A DNA stretch of 64,000 bases from Nitrospirota bacterium (lineage in GTDB: Bacteria; Nitrospirota; UBA9217): NCBI GenBank assembly GCA_963737155.1, contig CAVTRN010000002.1, positions 2,240,001-2,304,000 of the forward strand, in the 5' to 3' direction. Shown one piece after another: positions 59,355-64,000 of this stretch. Below the pieces are notes generated by a model. That model was given only the letters and a program-made list of their open reading frames with translations, ran no database searches and was not told where the DNA came from. The first letter of the stretch is position 1. Each line of letters starts with the position of its first letter. The translations under genes and the position numbers were made by a program.

Positions 59355-61589
59355 ATGTTTCAACGTATTATCCGCACGCTTCGGAATAAGAAAATCCTTA
59401 CCCCTGCGAGGTTCATCCTTGTTCTCCTCGTTGTTCTTTCGTTCATCATCATCCTCGGCCAGTTTTTTCAGCATTCCCTGCAACAAGAGATGGCGAATCA
59501 GTTCAATCAGCAGCAGCTGTTTCTCGCCCGTGAAGTGGCGATGAATATCGAAAGTTTTACCGACCATGTATACAAAAATCTAAAAATCCTCTCACAACAG
59601 CCGGACATCGACCACATCAATGTTGACCCTCGGGTTCGTTTAGTGGCCGACTCGATAAACTTCAACCTTCGGAACCAAGCATTGGTTTCAATCCAGGTGC
59701 TTGATCGCAATGGCATTATTCTCTATGACAGTTCCTCGCCTGGCCGCGAAAAGGTTGACCTCTCGAAAACAGATTATTTTGAAAAAGCGCGGGTGCTCCC
59801 CAAAAATGAAAAGCTGATCACTGATCTTTTCGACTCCCCCGATGCACATCGCGGTGGCAAGGAATTCATTGTGGCCGTTCCTGTCTACCAGCAGCGAAAG
59901 GAGCGAAAACTTCAAGTATTCACAGGCATCGTGCTTGCCGTCCTTTCGATGGATGGCATCACGGAACAGTACCTTTTCCCCATCAAATCAGGAACACAGG
60001 GCTACGCTTGGATGATGGATAGCGAAGGCACGCTGCTCTATCATCCCACAAAACCCGAGATGGTCGGAAGGAATCTTTACCAAACCGACAGAACCTGTTT
60101 CCAGTGCCACAAGTCATTCAACAGCGAAAAAAAAATGATCGAGGGCAAAGAGGACACGTCCGGCTACTACCAGGCACCGGGCGGAGAAAGCAAGCTTGCA
60201 TCGTTTTATAAATTTCCGATTGCTCGAAAATCCTGGATCGTAGTTGTTTCTGCGCCTTACTCTGATGTAATCAGCCTCATGCAAAAAAGCAGACTTTTCT
60301 ATTCCCTTCTGATTATTTCCATTTTTGTTACAACCCTTGTGGTATCCGCCGTTTCCATTGTAACGTATAAAAACAAGATTAAGGCTGAAGAAAAAGCAAA
60401 GCATCTCGAAAACCACCGCCGTCTGGAGCAGGAGATTGAGATAACAAAAGACTATCTGGAGAATATCATCGAAAACACCCAGACAAACTTCATGGTCCTC
60501 GATAGGGGCCTTAATGTCAAAAGCGTGAACACCGCCCAGGCGCATACCCTCGGCCGATCGAAACAGGATATGATCGGCAAGCCTTTTTTCTCGCTCTTTG
60601 CCCATGAACTGGCGCCCTATGACGGCATCTCCATAGGCACCATCCTTCAAAAAACGCTCGTTGGCCAGAGCATCGAGATCAGAGACTATCCCATCGTGGG
60701 GTTGCATGAATTCCCGGTCTATTTTACCATGAACATCAATCCACTCCTGATCGACGGGAAAGAACCGGGGATTCTTATCACGAGCAACGACGTGACCAAA
60801 CGGGTCCAGCTCGAAGAGGCACTCAAGCAATATACGGTCGAACTCGAGCACAAAGTAGACCGGGGAACCGCCACAACGAAAAAACTGGAACAGCAGGTTC
60901 TCCATTCCGAGAAGCTCGCCGCACTCGGAAGACTCGCCGCAGGCGTAGCCCATGAGATAGGAAATCCACTTACATCTATATCCACCTTCGCACAATTGCT
61001 CCGGGAGATGTCACAGGACGAATTTACACAGAATAGCTTGGACATCATCAACAATCATATCCAAAGAATTACGGACATCGTCCGCCGCATGGCCACCTTT
61101 TCCCGCGCTGACTCCTTGAACATCAAGGAGGTCAATCTAAACAAGGTCCTGAATTCCGCCCTCGAATTGATGCGGCTCGATAAACGCATGAAAAGTTACA
61201 TTAAAATCGCTGTCGCGCTTGACCCCGATCTGCCCATGGTCATGATTGATGAAGGTCAGATATCCCAGGTATTCATCAACATCATCCTCAATGCCTTCGA
61301 CGCCATGCCGAATGGGGGGACCCTTCACGTTGGTACACGGAGGGGTGGAGACGACAAGGGCCGGGAAATCGTCATCATGTCCTTCGCCGACACCGGCATC
61401 GGGATCCCGCCTATGGAACTGCAGAAGATTTACGATCCCTTTTTCACGACCAAGGAGGCGGGCAAGGGTACGGGCCTCGGACTTTCTTTGAGCTACGAAA
61501 TTATTACGCGGTTCAAAGGCGATATTAATGTTTCCAGCGAAGTCGGAAAAGGCACCGTTTTTACGATTCTCTTGCCGATTAAACAGTGA
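59355..61589 (+). CDS. Sensor histidine kinase: periplasmic Cache domain with CxxCH, PAS, HisKA, HATPase
   Basis: Two TMs, GYAWMMDSEGTLLYHP, CFQCH, AHEIGNPL, NAFDA, GKGTGLGL; start approximate. Confidence 0.9.
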   Translation: MFQRIIRTLRNKKILTPARFILVLLVVLSFIIILGQFFQHSLQQEMANQFNQQQLFLAREVAMNIESFTDHVYKNLKILSQQPDIDHINVDPRVRLVADSINFNLRNQALVSIQVLDRNGIILYDSSSPGREKVDLSKTDYFEKARVLPKNEKLITDLFDSPDAHRGGKEFIVAVPVYQQRKERKLQVFTGIVLAVLSMDGITEQYLFPIKSGTQGYAWMMDSEGTLLYHPTKPEMVGRNLYQTDRTCFQCHKSFNSEKKMIEGKEDTSGYYQAPGGESKLASFYKFPIARKSWIVVVSAPYSDVISLMQKSRLFYSLLIISIFVTTLVVSAVSIVTYKNKIKAEEKAKHLENHRRLEQEIEITKDYLENIIENTQTNFMVLDRGLNVKSVNTAQAHTLGRSKQDMIGKPFFSLFAHELAPYDGISIGTILQKTLVGQSIEIRDYPIVGLHEFPVYFTMNINPLLIDGKEPGILITSNDVTKRVQLEEALKQYTVELEHKVDRGTATTKKLEQQVLHSEKLAALGRLAAGVAHEIGNPLTSISTFAQLLREMSQDEFTQNSLDIINNHIQRITDIVRRMATFSRADSLNIKEVNLNKVLNSALELMRLDKRMKSYIKIAVALDPDLPMVMIDEGQISQVFINIILNAFDAMPNGGTLHVGTRRGGDDKGREIVIMSFADTGIGIPPMELQKIYDPFFTTKEAGKGTGLGLSLSYEIITRFKGDINVSSEVGKGTVFTILLPIKQ

Positions 61590-61598
61590 GGAGCACCT

Positions 61599-62954
61599 AT
61601 GGAAAAACCGAACATTCTCGTTGTTGACGACGAAAAAGACATCTGCATGGCGTTGAATATCCTCCTGACGAAGGAAGGCTATGAGGTCAAGGAGGCATAC
61701 AACGGCGAGCAGGCTCTTGACCGCTTGCGCGAGGCGAATTTCGACGTTGTTATGACCGACATCAGGATGGGGAAAATGGACGGATTCGAAGTACTGAAGC
61801 AGGCCCAGAAGATCAGCCCTGAAACATCGGTCGTTATGATGACAGCCTTTGCCTCAGTGGGTTCTGCGGTCGAAGCAATGCGCACCGGCGCCTCGGACTA
61901 TATCACCAAACCTTTCATCAATGATGAAATCAGGCTGACGATCAGGAAACTGCTCCAGAGCAGGGAACTACAGATGGAAAACCAGATACTTCGTCAGGAA
62001 TTAAGCCAGCGGCGGGGAGAATTTGTTAACATCATCGGCAGTTCGGAACCCATACAAAAAGTTTTTGCCTTTATGGAAAAGGTCATTCCCAACAAAAGCA
62101 ACATTCTCATCACCGGGGAAAGCGGAACAGGAAAAGGTCTGGTGGCCCAGGCCATCCACACGGCTGGCCCGCGCAAGGACAAGCCCTTTATTTCCATCAA
62201 TTGTGGCGCCATCCCGGAAAACCTTCTGGAAAGCGAGTTGTTCGGCCATAAAAAAGGCTCCTTCACATCGGCGAACGAAGACAAGAAAGGCCTGATCACC
62301 ATGGCCAATGGCGGGACTCTCTTTCTCGACGAGATAGGCGAGCTTCCCCAAGCGCTGCAGGTAAAGCTGCTGCATGTTATCCAGACTAAGGAGCTTACAC
62401 CGGTGGGCGATACACGCGTCATTACTGTAGACGTTCGCATCATTGCTGCGACGAATGCCGACTTGGTACAAAGGGTCAAGGAAAACAGATTCCGCGAGGA
62501 TCTGTATTACCGCTTGAACGTGATCGAGATCCGCATGCCTTCCCTGCGGGAGCGGAGGGACGACATCCCGGTGCTCATCAAACATTACCTCGCGATCTTT
62601 ACTAAGGAATCCGGAAAAACCATCAAGGACATTGACTACGAGGCAATGCAATCTCTCCTCGCCTATGACTGGCCCGGCAATATACGAGAGCTGAGAAATA
62701 CGATTGAACGGGCTGTCGTTCTAGCTGACAATGAAGTCATAACGATTCACGATTTGCCTGATAAATTCAGAACGCTGGACATTGAAGGGGTCTCTACATC
62801 GTCACTGCGGCAGGCGCTGGATAGTTTTGAAAGGGAATACATCCGGCGCGGTCTGGCGGAGAATAAAGGGAGCAAGGAAATCACGGCGAGCAAGCTCGGC
62901 ATCGATCTCGCCACACTTTACCGGAAGCTGAAGAAGCTCAGAATCGAAGCTTAG
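61599..62954 (+). CDS. Sigma54-dependent response regulator
   Basis: REC domain, GESGTGK, GSFTSA (GAFTGA variant), WPGNIREL, HTH. Confidence 0.92.
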   Translation: MEKPNILVVDDEKDICMALNILLTKEGYEVKEAYNGEQALDRLREANFDVVMTDIRMGKMDGFEVLKQAQKISPETSVVMMTAFASVGSAVEAMRTGASDYITKPFINDEIRLTIRKLLQSRELQMENQILRQELSQRRGEFVNIIGSSEPIQKVFAFMEKVIPNKSNILITGESGTGKGLVAQAIHTAGPRKDKPFISINCGAIPENLLESELFGHKKGSFTSANEDKKGLITMANGGTLFLDEIGELPQALQVKLLHVIQTKELTPVGDTRVITVDVRIIAATNADLVQRVKENRFREDLYYRLNVIEIRMPSLRERRDDIPVLIKHYLAIFTKESGKTIKDIDYEAMQSLLAYDWPGNIRELRNTIERAVVLADNEVITIHDLPDKFRTLDIEGVSTSSLRQALDSFEREYIRRGLAENKGSKEITASKLGIDLATLYRKLKKLRIEA

Positions 62955-63280
62955 TCCCCGTGCTGCTTCTTTGCCGGTGGATAGCGACTCGTCGTACCTG
63001 GGAAAAATAGTATGAATTTTTATAGAAAATTAATCCTAACGGTTAAAACCCTTTGGGCAATTTTGGGGAGTCTTGATGATAATTTTCCCTATACTTTATT
63101 TGAGAAGCGTAACCTCGTGCTCTACCATACATAGTAATAACGGATCAACAGCAACCAAGTTTGGTAACCACACTTTCGTTGCAAAGAAGATTGCTAGTTC
63201 CACCGTTAGACCCCTGGTTTTATCCAGGGTGGTCAGAAAACCGAATATTCATGATCAGCCTGCAACGTGATAACCCCAGT

Positions 63281-63332
63281 TTATAAATCAGCGCCGTAAA
63301 AATCTCGGCCTTCAGGCCGGAGAGGATGTCAA
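63281..63332 (+). mobile_element. Minimal IS200/IS605-derived palindromic element
   Basis: TTAT-AAATCAGCGCCGTAAAA (left-end-like) fused through hairpin TCTCGGCC-TTCA-GGCCGGAGA to GGATGTCAA (right-end-like). Confidence 0.65.
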
Positions 63333-63396
63333 CTGTTGTTAATCGCCATGTTCAGCTCTCTCATCATCAAAAGTAGTCTATGGCGCACTGCCCCAT

Positions 63397-64000
63397 TCAG
63401 CATATTCGCGGCAGCTGTTCACCCTGCAACATATCGATGATGCGCGTTCCGCCGATAGCAGTTTCCAGCAATACACCTCCGCGCGGCGAATCAGAAACCT
63501 CGCCGATTACGGCTGCTTCTCGTCCATGTTCGTGCCTTTTCATATTTGTTACCATGGCGTCGGCAATCGTCGCATCCACTATAGCTATAAGTATGCCTTC
63601 ATTTGCGACATAGAGTGGATCAAGTCCCAGCAGACTGCAGGCGCCCCTAACCCCCTTCGGAATCGGAAGGGAAGACTCCTTGATACGGATGCATAAGCGC
63701 GATTCAATCGCCGCCTCCTTGAGTGTCGTGGCAAGACCACCTCTAGTCGGATCGCGCATAAAATGAATATTTGATGAAACACTGTACATCGATTCCACAA
63801 GGCCGTTCAGCGCACGCGTATCGCTCATCACCTGTGGATCAAAGGTCAAACCGTTTCGCTCCGACATTACAGCCACACCGTGGCTACCAACCTCTCCGCT
63901 GATGATGACTTTGTCGCTTTTCCCGATTCTTGCTGCCAATATGTCCCGTCCGTCCTGCAATACGCCGATACCCGATGTGTTGATGAAAATCCCATCCGCT
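63397..64000 (-). CDS. hypE: Hydrogenase maturation protein HypE, 3' part (start outside window)
   Basis: MRDPTRGG, DPLYVANEG, C-terminal EQLPRIC. Confidence 0.95.
   Translation of the reverse strand, partial: ADGIFINTSGIGVLQDGRDILAARIGKSDKVIISGEVGSHGVAVMSERNGLTFDPQVMSDTRALNGLVESMYSVSSNIHFMRDPTRGGLATTLKEAAIESRLCIRIKESSLPIPKGVRGACSLLGLDPLYVANEGILIAIVDATIADAMVTNMKRHEHGREAAVIGEVSDSPRGGVLLETAIGGTRIIDMLQGEQLPRIC

Overview
Bacterial chromosomal window, mostly minus-strand housekeeping genes; the gene content suggests Nitrospirota or Desulfobacterota (inference). In order: TolC, phytol/dolichol kinase-like gene, CzcD, mqnA, fur-feoB-DtxR/FeoA with a Fur box, gpmI, lapB, rlmH-rsfS-nadD-proA-proB-obgE, PilR/PilS-like pair with pilD, recG, TolC/TetR and PBP1A. 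Next come an intact orphan 563-aa TnpB-like gene with a structured 3' RNA, a GGDEF protein, a pilus ABC module and two tandem near-identical type IV pilin genes with sigma54 promoters. These are followed by mqnE/mqnC, mtaB-miaB, a BirA-operator biotin operon (bioB-bioW-bioF-SDR-bioD), ccoG, Rrf2, mogA, tldD, a CxxCH-containing Cache histidine kinase with a sigma54 regulator, and hypE. Intergenic DNA holds many decayed IS200/IS605 pieces (tnpA/tnpB pseudogenes, isolated ends, a ~52-bp mini-element) and a group II intron remnant. No rRNA, tRNA or CRISPR array was seen. All calls come from motif recognition by eye; no database searches were run.
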